In this document: positions 29,155-39,646 of the stretch, piece after piece
Layout: each line of letters starts with the position of its first letter
How positions within the stretch are numbered: position 1 is the stretch's first letter
Assembly (NCBI GenBank): GCA_965203325.1
Contig: OZ241875.1
Span: forward strand, 1,856,001 to 1,920,000
DNA from: a bacterium
Lineage (GTDB): Bacteria > UBA8248
Reading direction: 5' to 3'
Length of the DNA stretch: 64,000 nucleotides
Notes under the pieces: generated by a model
What the model was told of the DNA's origin: nothing
Databases searched by the model: none
The model's input: the letters and a program-made list of their open reading frames with translations, nothing else
Made by a program: the position numbers and the translations under genes

Positions 29155-30056
29155 GAGAACAAGCGCTCGCGATTCAGGAAACGATGGAACTCGAAGCGCT
29201 CCCGGAGCGCCCGAGGGTATGGGCGTCGCTTTGGAAGGATAAATCCGCACTCCTGGGCTGCGTGATTCTCTTGTCAGTGGTTGTGATGGCTGTCTTCGCG
29301 CCGCTGCTCGCTCCCATGGACCCGCAGGCCCAACTCCTGGACAGAAATCTCAAGCCGCCCATGTGGTCGGACGGCCGGCAAATCTATCTGCTCGGCACGG
29401 ACCACCTAGGGCGGGACTTCCTAAGCAGGCTCATCTACGGCGCGCGCATTTCGCTGCTGGTGGGTTTTTTCGCCGTCCTGCTCACGGGATGCTTTGGCCT
29501 ATGCGTGGGTCTGGTGGCGGGTTATTTCGGGGGAAAGGTGGATTTCCTGCTCATGCGGCTCGTGGATCTGGTGCTCTCGTTTCCGTTCATATTGCTGGCC
29601 CTGGCGACCATCGCCATCGTGGGGCCGAGCCTCGTCGTGCTGATACTCGTGATGTCGATGCGCATCTGGGTCATCTACGCCCGCGTCGTGCGCGGCGAGG
29701 TGCTCACGCTGCGCGAGCAGGAGTTCGTCCAGGCGGCGCGGAGCATCGGCGGGAGTCATTTCCGCATCATCGTCCGCCACATTCTCCCGAACGTGCTGGC
29801 GCCCGTCATCATCATCGCCTCCCTGTATCTGGGGCGGATGATCATCATCGAGGCGGGCCTGAGCTTTCTGGGTCTCGGCGTGCCGCCGCCCACGCCCACC
29901 TGGGGCGGTCTGCTCAGCGACGGGAAGGTGCATCTCTACACCTCCTGGTGGGTCGTCACCCTGCCCGGTCTGGCGATTACGGTGACGGTTCTGGGGGCGA
30001 ACCTCGTAGGCGATTGGCTGAGAAACGTGCTGGACCCGCGTTTGAAATCGGTGTGA
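29151..30056 (+). CDS. ABC transporter permease (OppC/DppC-like)
   Basis: LGTDHLGRD, EFVQAARSIG, LSFLGLG..PP.P.WG; ATGA overlap with the upstream permease. Confidence 0.93.
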   Translation: MREQALAIQETMELEALPERPRVWASLWKDKSALLGCVILLSVVVMAVFAPLLAPMDPQAQLLDRNLKPPMWSDGRQIYLLGTDHLGRDFLSRLIYGARISLLVGFFAVLLTGCFGLCVGLVAGYFGGKVDFLLMRLVDLVLSFPFILLALATIAIVGPSLVVLILVMSMRIWVIYARVVRGEVLTLREQEFVQAARSIGGSHFRIIVRHILPNVLAPVIIIASLYLGRMIIIEAGLSFLGLGVPPPTPTWGGLLSDGKVHLYTSWWVVTLPGLAITVTVLGANLVGDWLRNVLDPRLKSV

Positions 30057-30085
30057 GTTCGTTACGGAATGAGGAGAGAAACAAG

Positions 30086-31117
30086 ATGAGCGATCCATTG
30101 AGGGTGGCCGTGGTCGGGCTGGGCCGCTGGGGCAACACCCTGGCGTCCTACATCGAGAGAACGCCCGGGATGAAGATCACCACGTGCTTCACCAGAACGC
30201 CCGAAAAACGAAAGGCGTTCCGTGAGAAATTCTCGTGCGGTGAGGAGGCGAGCTACGAGGCGGTGGTGCGTCACCCCGAGGTGGACGCCGTGGTCATCGC
30301 GGCACCCAACAACAAGCACGCCGAACTCGCGATGGCGGCGGCCGAGCAAGGGAAGCACGTGCTCGTCGACAAGCCGATCGCCGCCTCCATACCGGATGCC
30401 AAGAAGATGATCCGCGCATGCGAGGACGCCGGCGTCACCCTTGCTGTGGGCGCGAGTTCGAGATGGCTCCGGGGCCATCGCCTCTTCAAGCAACTGCTCG
30501 ATGAGGGAACCATCGGCACCCTGGCGATGGCCGAGACCAACTACTCGAACGACCGGGGGCTTCACTACACGCCGGACAACTGGCAATGGTACAAGGAAGG
30601 CTCCCCCGGCGGTCCGCTGCTCCAGGTGGCCATCCACCAGGTGGACAATCTCTTGTATCTCTACGGGCCGATAAAGCGCGTGTCCGCGGCGTTCAGCAAA
30701 ATAAAGACAAAATCGGAAATTCCCGACGTGAGCGTCGTGTGGTTCGAGTTCGAATCCGGCCTGCTCGGCACGCTGGGGACGAGCTTCATCAGCCCGCGCA
30801 CGCCGAACGGACGCTACACCTATTTCATGAACGCCTACGGGGATGAGGCGAACCTCTACCACGACAGGTGGGAAGGCATCAAAATCCTGCGACCGGACGG
30901 GGAGAAGCGAGAAGAGATCCCCTATGAGGAATACCCCAGGCAGGATTACCTGATAGAGGAGTTCAAGGATTTCGAAGGCGCCGTCCGGGAAGGTCGCCCG
31001 CCCGAGGTGGGCGGAGCCGAAGGACTCCACGTGCTCGGCGCCGTGTGGGCGGCCATGCGCTCATGGGAGCGCGGCGAGCCCGTGGAAGTGGCGGAGGTGC
31101 TCGAAGAAAACGAATAG
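30086..31117 (+). CDS. Gfo/Idh/MocA-family oxidoreductase
   Basis: VVGLGRWG, GKHVLVDKP, AIHQVD. Confidence 0.9.
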   Translation: MSDPLRVAVVGLGRWGNTLASYIERTPGMKITTCFTRTPEKRKAFREKFSCGEEASYEAVVRHPEVDAVVIAAPNNKHAELAMAAAEQGKHVLVDKPIAASIPDAKKMIRACEDAGVTLAVGASSRWLRGHRLFKQLLDEGTIGTLAMAETNYSNDRGLHYTPDNWQWYKEGSPGGPLLQVAIHQVDNLLYLYGPIKRVSAAFSKIKTKSEIPDVSVVWFEFESGLLGTLGTSFISPRTPNGRYTYFMNAYGDEANLYHDRWEGIKILRPDGEKREEIPYEEYPRQDYLIEEFKDFEGAVREGRPPEVGGAEGLHVLGAVWAAMRSWERGEPVEVAEVLEENE

Positions 31118-31171
31118 ACGCGAATGGCTCCGGCGGGGTAGACCCGCCCATCACTGGAAGGAAGGAGACCC

Positions 31172-32449
31172 ATGTACGACTACCGAATGACGGATGAGCA
31201 GAAAGAGTATCAGAGGATCGCGCATGAATTCGCGCGGGACGAAATCCGGCCCATCAGCCTGGAACTGGATCACAAAGAAGATCCGCTCGATTGCGCCTAC
31301 ATGCCCCATCTTCTCGAAAAGCTCGACAAGACGGGACTGAGGACGATGAGCATCCCGAAGGAATACGGCGGCGGCGGCGTTAACGACCTGCTCACGCACT
31401 GCATCGTAGGCGAGGAGATTTCCTGGGGCGACAGGGGCGCCACGGGGTTCATGCTCTCCTCCACGAAGATCTCCCACATCCTGAGCAGTGAACTCCTCGG
31501 AAACCCGGAGTTGGCGGACTACTGGATGCGCGAGTACGTGAGCGACCCCACGTTCTTGATCGGCACGGCCACGACCGAGCCGCAATCGGGTTCCGAGAAC
31601 CAGCTCCCCTATAACGGGGCGGACGGCGGATACCAGACCACCGCCGTGCTCGACGGGGACAACTACATCGTGAACGGGAAGAAGCACTTCATCTCCAACG
31701 TGGGCTGGGCGCGGCTCATGTTCACGTTCGTGCGCACGAACCCCGACGTGGGCGTCGAGCAGGGAGCTTCTCTTCTGATGGTCCCCACGGATGCGCCCGG
31801 CGTGAAGATGGGCAAGGTCCACAACAAGATGGGCTACCGCCTGAACCAGAACGCGGAGATCATCTTCGAGGACGCGATAATCCCCGCCAAGTACCGCCTG
31901 GGTCCCGAGAACTGCGGCGTCTCCTATATCCGGCGCCACCTGCGCGGCGACGCCCTCATCAACGCGGCGGGCCAGATTGGCGTGGCGCGCGCGGCGTATG
32001 AGAAATCCCTCGAATTCGCGCAAAGCCGCAAACAGAGCGGACGCCCCATTGCGCACCACCAGTCGGTCGGCATCAAGCTCGTCGACATGTACACGAAAAT
32101 CCAGGCGGCACGCGCCTACGTGCACTACGCGGCGTGGCGTCAGGACATGCGCCACGAGATTCCCATCGACCCGCCCATGACGCTCACCGCCAGCGCGTTC
32201 GCACACGAGATCTCCTGCGACGTCACGAAGATGGCGATGGAAATACACGCGGGCGTGGGCGTTCAGCGCGAGAATTTTCTCGAAAAATGGTTCCGCGACA
32301 CGCACAACATGCTTTTCTCGAGCGACGGCGGCAACAACATGAAGAAGGTGCGCGCAATGTACGCCATCACCGGCGAGTGGGGCGCGCGGAGCGAGGACGA
32401 GAACCCCGTTCCCGGCGGCGCATACGTCGCGGTCGGAGACGGCCTCTAA
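31172..32449 (+). CDS. acyl-CoA dehydrogenase-family flavoprotein
   Basis: IPKEYGGGG, TEPQSGS, NGKKHFISN, KMGYR, R.QSGRPI; usual YEGT reads SDGG. Confidence 0.88.
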   Translation: MYDYRMTDEQKEYQRIAHEFARDEIRPISLELDHKEDPLDCAYMPHLLEKLDKTGLRTMSIPKEYGGGGVNDLLTHCIVGEEISWGDRGATGFMLSSTKISHILSSELLGNPELADYWMREYVSDPTFLIGTATTEPQSGSENQLPYNGADGGYQTTAVLDGDNYIVNGKKHFISNVGWARLMFTFVRTNPDVGVEQGASLLMVPTDAPGVKMGKVHNKMGYRLNQNAEIIFEDAIIPAKYRLGPENCGVSYIRRHLRGDALINAAGQIGVARAAYEKSLEFAQSRKQSGRPIAHHQSVGIKLVDMYTKIQAARAYVHYAAWRQDMRHEIPIDPPMTLTASAFAHEISCDVTKMAMEIHAGVGVQRENFLEKWFRDTHNMLFSSDGGNNMKKVRAMYAITGEWGARSEDENPVPGGAYVAVGDGL

Positions 32450-32478
32450 ACCCCATCACCATCAAGGGAGGAAAAAGG

Positions 32479-32859
32479 GTGGCCTCACGAACCCATCACG
32501 TGCACCACGTCGCCAAGGACCCCCAAGCGGCGGCGGATTTCTACATCAACCACTTCGGCGGCGAGCTGTTCACGCCCGAGATCGAATACCGGGGCTCCCC
32601 CTACATCAGCGTGATGCTGGGCGAGGTGGAGATCCGCATTCGCGGCTTAAGGGCCGACGAGGACGATTCCATGGCGAAGGTGGGCCGCGGCCTCCACCAT
32701 TTCGGAATCCAGGTCGAAGGCATCGACGAAGTGGCGCAGCGCCTGGAAAAAGCGGGCGTCGTCTTCACGAAAAAACCCGGAGACGGCGTTCTGGGTTCGC
32801 GCACGGCCTTCATCATCGCGCCCGACAACGTCGTGATCGAACTGGTGGAAGAACCCTAA
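32479..32859 (+). CDS. VOC/glyoxalase-family protein
   Basis: HHVH, HHFGIQV, APDNVVIELVE; GTG start after GGAGG. Confidence 0.88.
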   Translation: MASRTHHVHHVAKDPQAAADFYINHFGGELFTPEIEYRGSPYISVMLGEVEIRIRGLRADEDDSMAKVGRGLHHFGIQVEGIDEVAQRLEKAGVVFTKKPGDGVLGSRTAFIIAPDNVVIELVEEP

Positions 32860-32892
32860 GAACGATTCGTTTACACACAGGAGAAAGACCTG

Positions 32893-34113
32893 ATGCCGGG
32901 ATTCGCGCGGGGCCAATTCAACGTCGACTACGAGGAGCGCGTCGACGTGGGCGCGCTTCGCCGAAAGCGCGTGGACAAGGCGCAAAAGGCGATGGCCGAG
33001 CAGGACATCGACGCCCTTTTCCTCTGGAAGGTGGAGAACGTGCGCTACCTCACGAGCATGCGCTCCTCATTCCTGGCGCACCGGGAAGGTACACGAAACG
33101 CCGTCATCCTCCCGCAGGAGGGAGGAGCGCACATCATGACGAACGGCGGGGAGATACCCCGCGTCTCGCGCGACATGCCCTGGATAGAGAAATTCCATCA
33201 CTTGGCGAAGATGGAAGAACAGCCCCTCGTGGACAAGATGATCCGCGAGACGCTTCGCCCCCTCTTCGAGGAGTTGGGCCTCATCGGCAAGCGGGTGGGC
33301 CTGGATCTCATGACGTTCATCCAGTTCAGCGCCTACCAGAAGCATCTGGGCGACGTGGAGTTCGTGAACGGCGATTCGTTCATGCACAAGGTGCGCCGGC
33401 ACAAGATGCCCGAGGAGGTCTACATGATCCGCGAGGCCTGCGCGATCGCCGACGCCGTGAACGAGGAGGCCATGGACAGCGTACGGGCGGGAAAGCGCGA
33501 ATGCGACGTGGCGGCGGACGCGATGAAGGTGCTCCACCACTACGGGGGCGAAATGGCGCATCTCGTATCCCCCTTCGTCGCCTCGGGCGAGCACATGTCG
33601 CCGCCCTACCGCTTCGCGAGCGACAAGATCATCCGAAGCGGCGACCTGGTGTTCATCGACATCGGCGCGCAGTGGAACGGATATTTTGGCGACGTGGCCC
33701 GGACGATGATCTGCGCAAAACCCTCCAAACGGCAGAAGGAAATCTACACCGCCGTGCATGAATCCCTGCAGTTGGGACTTGAGCGCACCCGCCCCGGTTT
33801 CACGAACAAGCAGGTGGCAGAGCGAATCTGGGAGACGGGCGAGAAGTACGGCTTGAGAAAGAATTGGTTCTCGCTCAGCATCGGCCACGCGGTGGGCACA
33901 TCGCCCAACGAGCCGCCCTACATCGGGGAACCCGACCCCGATTCAGAAGAAGTCGACTTGGAGCCCGGCATGGTCTTCGCCATCGAGCCGCTCATCTGGG
34001 TGCCGGACGTCCCCGGAGGCGGCGGCGTGCGCATCGAGGAGACGGTGCTCATCACCGAAGAGGGGCATGAGGTGCTGACGCGCTCGCGCATGGACGACCG
34101 CCTGCTGCTCTGA
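32893..34113 (+). CDS. M24 Xaa-Pro aminopeptidase-family metallohydrolase
   Basis: IDIG...GDVART, GHAVG, AIEP, VRIEE: full D/D/H/E/E set. Confidence 0.9.
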   Translation: MPGFARGQFNVDYEERVDVGALRRKRVDKAQKAMAEQDIDALFLWKVENVRYLTSMRSSFLAHREGTRNAVILPQEGGAHIMTNGGEIPRVSRDMPWIEKFHHLAKMEEQPLVDKMIRETLRPLFEELGLIGKRVGLDLMTFIQFSAYQKHLGDVEFVNGDSFMHKVRRHKMPEEVYMIREACAIADAVNEEAMDSVRAGKRECDVAADAMKVLHHYGGEMAHLVSPFVASGEHMSPPYRFASDKIIRSGDLVFIDIGAQWNGYFGDVARTMICAKPSKRQKEIYTAVHESLQLGLERTRPGFTNKQVAERIWETGEKYGLRKNWFSLSIGHAVGTSPNEPPYIGEPDPDSEEVDLEPGMVFAIEPLIWVPDVPGGGGVRIEETVLITEEGHEVLTRSRMDDRLLL

Positions 34114-34268
34114 GGCGTGTCGCCTCGCCCAGGCCAATCACCGGAAAACTCCCGAATATTCAAAGCGGCGACTTGCCTGCTGCGACACTCGCTCCCGATT
34201 GAAGGCGAGTCGTACGGGGCGTAGAATGCCGCGCGTTGTCCCTGTCCAAGTCATTGAGGAGGCTCGCC

Positions 34269-35369
34269 TTGACGCTTTTCGACAGAACAGAGCTCGGCGT
34301 CGCCGTCGTGGGCGCAGGACGCATCGGCACACACCGCTCGCGCCTCGCGGCGCAACACCCCGCCGTCCGCTTCCTGGCCATCTCGGACGCCGAGCCCGAA
34401 CGCGCCAAAGCGCTCGGCGCGCGCGTGAACGCGCAGGTAACATCGGGCAGCAACGAGGAGGTGATCTCCCATCCAGAGGTAGGCGCCGTCATCGTCTCGA
34501 CTTCCGAGTTCGCCCACGTGGAGCCGGTACTTCAGGCGCTCGAACTCGGCAAGCCCGTGCTGGTGGAAAAGCCCATCGCGATGACGCTGGAGGATGCCGA
34601 CAGGCTTCTCACCACAGCGGAAAAATACGAGACCGACCTCCGCGTGGGCTACATCATGCGATACAAGCGGCGCTATTTCCTGGGGAAAGAACAGATACAG
34701 CAGGGCCGCCTCGGAAGACTCATCGGCGCTACGGGCCGCGTATTCAACACCAGGGCGCAGGCGTTCGAGATACTCAAGCGCTCGGCCGACGCCACGCCCG
34801 TTCTCGACGTCCTCACCTACTGGGTCGATATGATGTGCTGGTTCATGGAAGGAAACCCGCCCGTCGAGGTCGTCTGCCGGGGAGGCGGCTTCGTCTTCAA
34901 GGAGGCGGGGTACCCCAAGGTGGACGACGTGAGCTGGTCGATCATGACCTTCGCCGACGGGGCGACCGTGAACCTCGGCATCTGCTACGCCCTGCCCGCG
35001 AAATATCCCACCGCCGGGCAGAGCATTCGTCTCGAAGTCATCGGCACGGACGGCGTGATGCTCTTCGACGAGGACCACAAGGAGAACATCCTCTACACCG
35101 AGAAGGGCTATCCGCACGCCTACGTTCCCGACCACCACCTGCCGATGGTCTTTCTCGGCAGCACGTCGTCTGGCGACTGGGCGCTCGACACCATGTACGG
35201 CCCCATCGGCGATGAGACCAGGAGTTGGCTCGACCACCTCGCCACGGGGCGACCCTGCCACCTCGCCACGGCGGAGGACGCGCGCCAGACCCTGGAGGTG
35301 ACCATCGCCATGGAGGAATCCGCACGCACCGGCGACGCCGTAAAACTCCCCCTGGGGGAGGGACACTAG
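34269..35369 (+). CDS. Gfo/Idh/MocA-family oxidoreductase
   Basis: VVGAGRIG, GKPVLVEKP; TTG start after GAGGAGG. Confidence 0.9.
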   Translation: MTLFDRTELGVAVVGAGRIGTHRSRLAAQHPAVRFLAISDAEPERAKALGARVNAQVTSGSNEEVISHPEVGAVIVSTSEFAHVEPVLQALELGKPVLVEKPIAMTLEDADRLLTTAEKYETDLRVGYIMRYKRRYFLGKEQIQQGRLGRLIGATGRVFNTRAQAFEILKRSADATPVLDVLTYWVDMMCWFMEGNPPVEVVCRGGGFVFKEAGYPKVDDVSWSIMTFADGATVNLGICYALPAKYPTAGQSIRLEVIGTDGVMLFDEDHKENILYTEKGYPHAYVPDHHLPMVFLGSTSSGDWALDTMYGPIGDETRSWLDHLATGRPCHLATAEDARQTLEVTIAMEESARTGDAVKLPLGEGH

Positions 35370-35502
35370 CGATTATGCTTTTTTCCTTGAACAAACGGCG
35401 CGCGCCGTGCCATATCTGTATGCAGGCGGCGAACCCGGCGCCGCGCCCGGCGCAAGGTGAAGAGAAGGCGTGGAAAACTACCCCGGTGAACGAGCCTTGG
35501 AC

Positions 35503-37029
35503 ATGAGCCAAACGAATCCGTTTCACGCCAGAAAAAGCGGGATTCTGCTCCACCCCACCTCGCTGCCGAGCGAGGCGGGCTTCGGCGATTTAGGCCCCGG
35601 GGCGTTCGAATTCGTCGACCAACTCGCATCCTCCGGCCAGAGCTGGTGGCAGATGCTGCCCGTATGCCCCACCGACGAGACGGGCTCCCCTTACGTTTCC
35701 TCTTCCACGTTCGCGGGAAACCCCCTGCTGATATCACTCGGCAGGCTCGCCGAAGAGGGCCTCCTCTCCACGAAAGATATGGAAGACCGCTGTCAGAGCG
35801 GCGGCGGGGACATCGAACCGGCGCAGGCGCTCCAGGCCCATGAATCACTGCTGGCCAAGGCGTTCGAGGCGTTCTCGAACGACGGCGGGGCGAATGTCGC
35901 GGGATTTACGGCGTTTTGCGAGGCGCAGGCCGGCTGGCTTGCCGATTACGCGAGGTTCCGGGCGCTCAAGCGTGCGCACGAAGGTTCCCCCTGGTGGGAG
36001 TGGCCGGAAGACGCAAGAGACCGCAATCCCGATGATCCCGGGTTCGAGGAAAACATTCGCTACACCCAATTCGAGCAGTTCATCTTCGACCGGCAATGGC
36101 GCGCGCTAAAAGACTACGCCGCCGGAAAGGGGATCGGCTTCATCGGCGACATTCCCATCTACGTCGCCCATGATTCAGCGGACGTATGGGCGCGGACGCA
36201 ACTGTTCGAACTCGACGAATCACGTCGCCCGCGCGCCTACGCCGGCGCGCCGCCCGATTACTTCAACCAGGATGGCCAGCACTGGGGGAATCCCCTCTAC
36301 GACTGGGCCGCGCACTTTGATGAGAATTTCGCCTGGTGGAAGATGCGCCTCGCCGTGAACGTCGCCCGTTTCGACGCCTTGCGCCTCGATCACTTCATCG
36401 GCTTCGCGCGGTTCTGGGCGATTCCGGCCGATGCGGAATCACCCAAAGACGGCGCCTGGCGCGAGGGGCCGGGCGAGGCCTTTTTCAGCGCGCTGGAGGA
36501 GGAATTGGGCTATCTGCCACTCATCGCCGAGGACCTGGGTTCGGTGGGCGACGACGTCCACGCCCTCAGGGACCGATTCGGCCTGCCCGGCATGCGCGTC
36601 TTGCAGTTCGCCTTCGACGGCAGCCCGGACAACCCGCATCTCCCCCACAACATTCCCGAGAACGCGGTGGTCTACACCGGCACGCACGACAACGACACCG
36701 CCCAGGGCTGGTTCCACGGCGCCGACCCGATTCTCCGAAACGAAACGCCCGCCGGCTTCGCCATATCGCGCGCCACGGCGCTCAGGACCTTCGGGGGCGA
36801 GCCTGAGGACATTCACTGGTCGATGATCCGCGCGGCGATGAAATCCGGGGCCGCGCTCGCCATCATCCCCGCCCAGGACGTGCTCGGCCTCGGCAACGAG
36901 GGCCGCATGAACCGCCCGGGCGTCCCGCAGGGCAACTGGGTCTGGCAAATGCGCGCGGGCGCATGGAACGGGGAAATCCAGGAGAGACTCCTGGGTCTCA
37001 CGCAGCGCAGCGGCCGGGCGCCTGAGTGA
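35503..37029 (+). CDS. malQ: 4-alpha-glucanotransferase (amylomaltase, GH77)
   Basis: SGILLHPTSL, WQMLP, GDIPIYV, GAPPDYF, WGNP, LRLDHF, AEDLG, YTGTHDNDT. Confidence 0.95.
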   Translation: MSQTNPFHARKSGILLHPTSLPSEAGFGDLGPGAFEFVDQLASSGQSWWQMLPVCPTDETGSPYVSSSTFAGNPLLISLGRLAEEGLLSTKDMEDRCQSGGGDIEPAQALQAHESLLAKAFEAFSNDGGANVAGFTAFCEAQAGWLADYARFRALKRAHEGSPWWEWPEDARDRNPDDPGFEENIRYTQFEQFIFDRQWRALKDYAAGKGIGFIGDIPIYVAHDSADVWARTQLFELDESRRPRAYAGAPPDYFNQDGQHWGNPLYDWAAHFDENFAWWKMRLAVNVARFDALRLDHFIGFARFWAIPADAESPKDGAWREGPGEAFFSALEEELGYLPLIAEDLGSVGDDVHALRDRFGLPGMRVLQFAFDGSPDNPHLPHNIPENAVVYTGTHDNDTAQGWFHGADPILRNETPAGFAISRATALRTFGGEPEDIHWSMIRAAMKSGAALAIIPAQDVLGLGNEGRMNRPGVPQGNWVWQMRAGAWNGEIQERLLGLTQRSGRAPE

Positions 37030-37107
37030 GGGCGGCTCGGCGCGCTATTTGATTCGAATGACTGAGAGAGGAAAGTTTTGCGTGGCGCAAAAACGAGCGC
37101 GCATCAT

Positions 37108-37653
37108 TCACGACTCCGACAATACGCTTCTTAGCCGAGCAACGAACTCAACGGCCTCCTGCGCCTCGTCAAAGCTGATATGCGGTTTTCGCTCGACAAT
37201 TTCAGCCGCCATTGCATCGGGAGCTATTTCCTTTTTCTCTTTCGAGACATAATACGCTGTGGCGTATCTCTCCAAGGCCCTTGCCTTCATCGGCGCGAAT
37301 TTATCCACGATTTTTTGAACTTTATGGGCATATTTCTCAATGGGTTTCGGGTATGTTTTCTTCAAAAGTTCCGCCCTCTCGCCGGGTACCAGTTTCGGTC
37401 CATACGGCCTCTGTTGCGGACGCGGTTTCAAAAAATCGTTCGCCCACATCCAGGATATCTCGTCGCTCAGGTCAAAGGAATAGGGGCCGTGCTTATATAG
37501 AATGAAATCGAATGCCAGCGGGACTTCCAACAGATCTTGCAGAAAATAAGTCACCTTCTGAACGTGCGTTTCCCCGCACCAGCTGTCGGCGTCTCTCAGT
37601 CTCTCGGCCAAAGACAATAAAACGGCGGCCCTCTCGAATCGCTCCATGGCCAT
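37108..37653 (-). CDS. YwgA/SocA(DUF4065)-like winged-helix protein
   Basis: GETHVQKVTYFL...FDFILYKHGPYS...LERYAT; ATG overlaps the TAA of the HD gene (TAATG). Confidence 0.7.
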   Translation of the reverse strand: MAMERFERAAVLLSLAERLRDADSWCGETHVQKVTYFLQDLLEVPLAFDFILYKHGPYSFDLSDEISWMWANDFLKPRPQQRPYGPKLVPGERAELLKKTYPKPIEKYAHKVQKIVDKFAPMKARALERYATAYYVSKEKKEIAPDAMAAEIVERKPHISFDEAQEAVEFVARLRSVLSES

Positions 37654-38972
37654 TACTCCTTTCCGGCAAACGAAAGGATTTCCTCTCGCTTCCCACTCAA
37701 CCAAACATCGGCTTGTTCTTTCATTTCAGGTGAAACGAAAACATTCTCACAAGACGCCAGCGGAATGTTCGAGAATGTTTCTTTTTCACTCGCCGCTTCC
37801 GAGATTCTCGCGCCTTGTATGAGAACCGGAAAAAAGCTTTTTCTCCTGTCTTGAGTTCTCTGAATATGTTTCACATTTTGCTCACCGAATTTCCCGGATG
37901 CCGCTTCATATATTTTCCGACCCGGTTCCAAGAATTTCCGGTCCTCGGCGGCAGGTCTATAGATACTCTTGAAATGCCGACGACGAACGATGCGCTCGGC
38001 GTGCGCATGGGCGGGATGAGATTTATCTCCGGCAATGGATAACATAGCGGATATTACTTCAATATCCGTATATTTCAAATGGCCTTCATAATCTGTGGGA
38101 AACATTCCCCCCTCCAACCAGGAATTCAAGAAATCTACCAAATGCTGATCGTAAATGAGCCGGACGGAATGAAAATAAATCTGTGAAAACATGAAATATC
38201 GCGCAAGCAGCAACGCCTCGGCGGATTCCAAGCCGCCTTCCTCGACACCCAAAACCGGTTCCTGAGAACCATCCGCCCCCTCTTTCGGCAGTATCCTCAT
38301 CGTATCGATTAAGCGGTGATGATCGAATTTCCCGTAGGCAACCCCCGCGTGATACGAATCCCGAAGCAGATAATCCATCCTGTCGGCCCCGAAAACATCC
38401 CCCGTGATGATTTCCGATAAAATGCTCTCCCATTCATTCAACTCGACACTCATATAATCTTTCGATTTCTTCGCTCCAATCGCCAGTTTCGCCACGTCTT
38501 TCGGCTGCACGCCAATGTCTTCCCAAATACCCGCCATTTGCTCGCTCAAAATGATTTCCATCGTTATTCGTTCATGATCCCAGCCGCCCGGCAAGAGTTC
38601 TTCTGAAGCATGGGAAAACGGCAGATGGCCCAGATCATGGTATAACGCCGCGAGTCTTAATGTTCTTCGCCATTTCAGATGATCGAGGTCCCTATGCTTT
38701 GGAATAATACTCCTGACAGAAGCGGATTCCTGATAAACGTTCTCCGGTTCCGTCACGACATCATAAATCCTGCCGGCGAGTTCCATTACACCGAGTGAAT
38801 GCTCGAACCTCTTGTGGGTTGCACCCGGGTAAACGAGATAAGTCAGGGCCAGTTGGTGAATATGGCGCAATCGCTGAAACGGGAGCGAATCAAGAATTTT
38901 CCGCTCATCAGAATCCAGTCTGATGAAAACATGGATGGGGTCTCGTATTTCGTGTGTTCTTTTTCTCGCCAT
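37653..38972 (-). CDS. SAMHD1/YwfO-like HD-domain dNTP triphosphohydrolase
   Basis: IRDPIH, FQRLRHIHQL, YPGATHKRFEHSLG, YHDLGHLPFSH, ADRMDYLLRD, ARYFMFSQIYFH. Confidence 0.92.
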   Translation of the reverse strand: MARKRTHEIRDPIHVFIRLDSDERKILDSLPFQRLRHIHQLALTYLVYPGATHKRFEHSLGVMELAGRIYDVVTEPENVYQESASVRSIIPKHRDLDHLKWRRTLRLAALYHDLGHLPFSHASEELLPGGWDHERITMEIILSEQMAGIWEDIGVQPKDVAKLAIGAKKSKDYMSVELNEWESILSEIITGDVFGADRMDYLLRDSYHAGVAYGKFDHHRLIDTMRILPKEGADGSQEPVLGVEEGGLESAEALLLARYFMFSQIYFHSVRLIYDQHLVDFLNSWLEGGMFPTDYEGHLKYTDIEVISAMLSIAGDKSHPAHAHAERIVRRRHFKSIYRPAAEDRKFLEPGRKIYEAASGKFGEQNVKHIQRTQDRRKSFFPVLIQGARISEAASEKETFSNIPLASCENVFVSPEMKEQADVWLSGKREEILSFAGKE

Positions 38973-39118
38973 AGAAGAACTATATCATATTTTCGTATAA
39001 TTATCGCCATAAAAATTACGAATATCAAATCTGGTCAGTCGATAAAATGAAGACACAAACGACATGGCGTGGGTAGAACCAACATAAAAAATATTCTTGA
39101 CGGAAAATCAACTCCCCC

Positions 39119-39646
39119 TCACATAACCGGCGGTATCTCGAAGGCGTTGAGCGTCATGGAGATGGCCGAGTAAAAGCCCACGAGGGCGGTCAAGTCGACC
39201 ACGCCCTTCTCGCCGAGCAGAGAGAACGCCTCCTGATAAACGTCGTCGGACACCTCTTTGGTTTCGAGCAATTCCTTGCAATACCGGTGAACGCAAAGTT
39301 CTAGATCCGTGCCTTCGGTAGGCGTCTCCTGCGCCATCACGGCGGCCACAAGCGCGGGCGTAAGACCGCTGTCCAGAGCCTGCGCCTCGTGGGCGGAGAA
39401 AGCATAAGTCGCCCCCCAATGGCGCGTGGTGATGATGATGGCGAGTTCGCGGATGTCCTCTGTGATGACGCTTTCCTCATAATAAAACTTCATGAGATTG
39501 CGAAGGGCGATGACAAGGCCGGGGCTGCGCACCCAGACGCCGAAAGGCCCGCGCACGCCGCCACGCTGGTTGGCGATGAGTTCCTCATAGGCATCTCGTT
39601 GACGGGGCGGCATGGATTCGGGTTCAAGCGGTGCGAGACGGCTCAT
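39119..39646 (-). CDS. carboxymuconolactone decarboxylase/AhpD-family protein
   Basis: RGPFGVWVRSP, RELAII, Y.FSAH, LGEKGVVDLTALVGFY. Confidence 0.85.
   Translation of the reverse strand: MSRLAPLEPESMPPRQRDAYEELIANQRGGVRGPFGVWVRSPGLVIALRNLMKFYYEESVITEDIRELAIIITTRHWGATYAFSAHEAQALDSGLTPALVAAVMAQETPTEGTDLELCVHRYCKELLETKEVSDDVYQEAFSLLGEKGVVDLTALVGFYSAISMTLNAFEIPPVM

Noticed and set aside
28287..31117. 589-aa and 584-aa ORFs as fusion proteins
   Set aside because: Extensions are off-frame overlaps of upstream genes; real starts are 29151 and 30086
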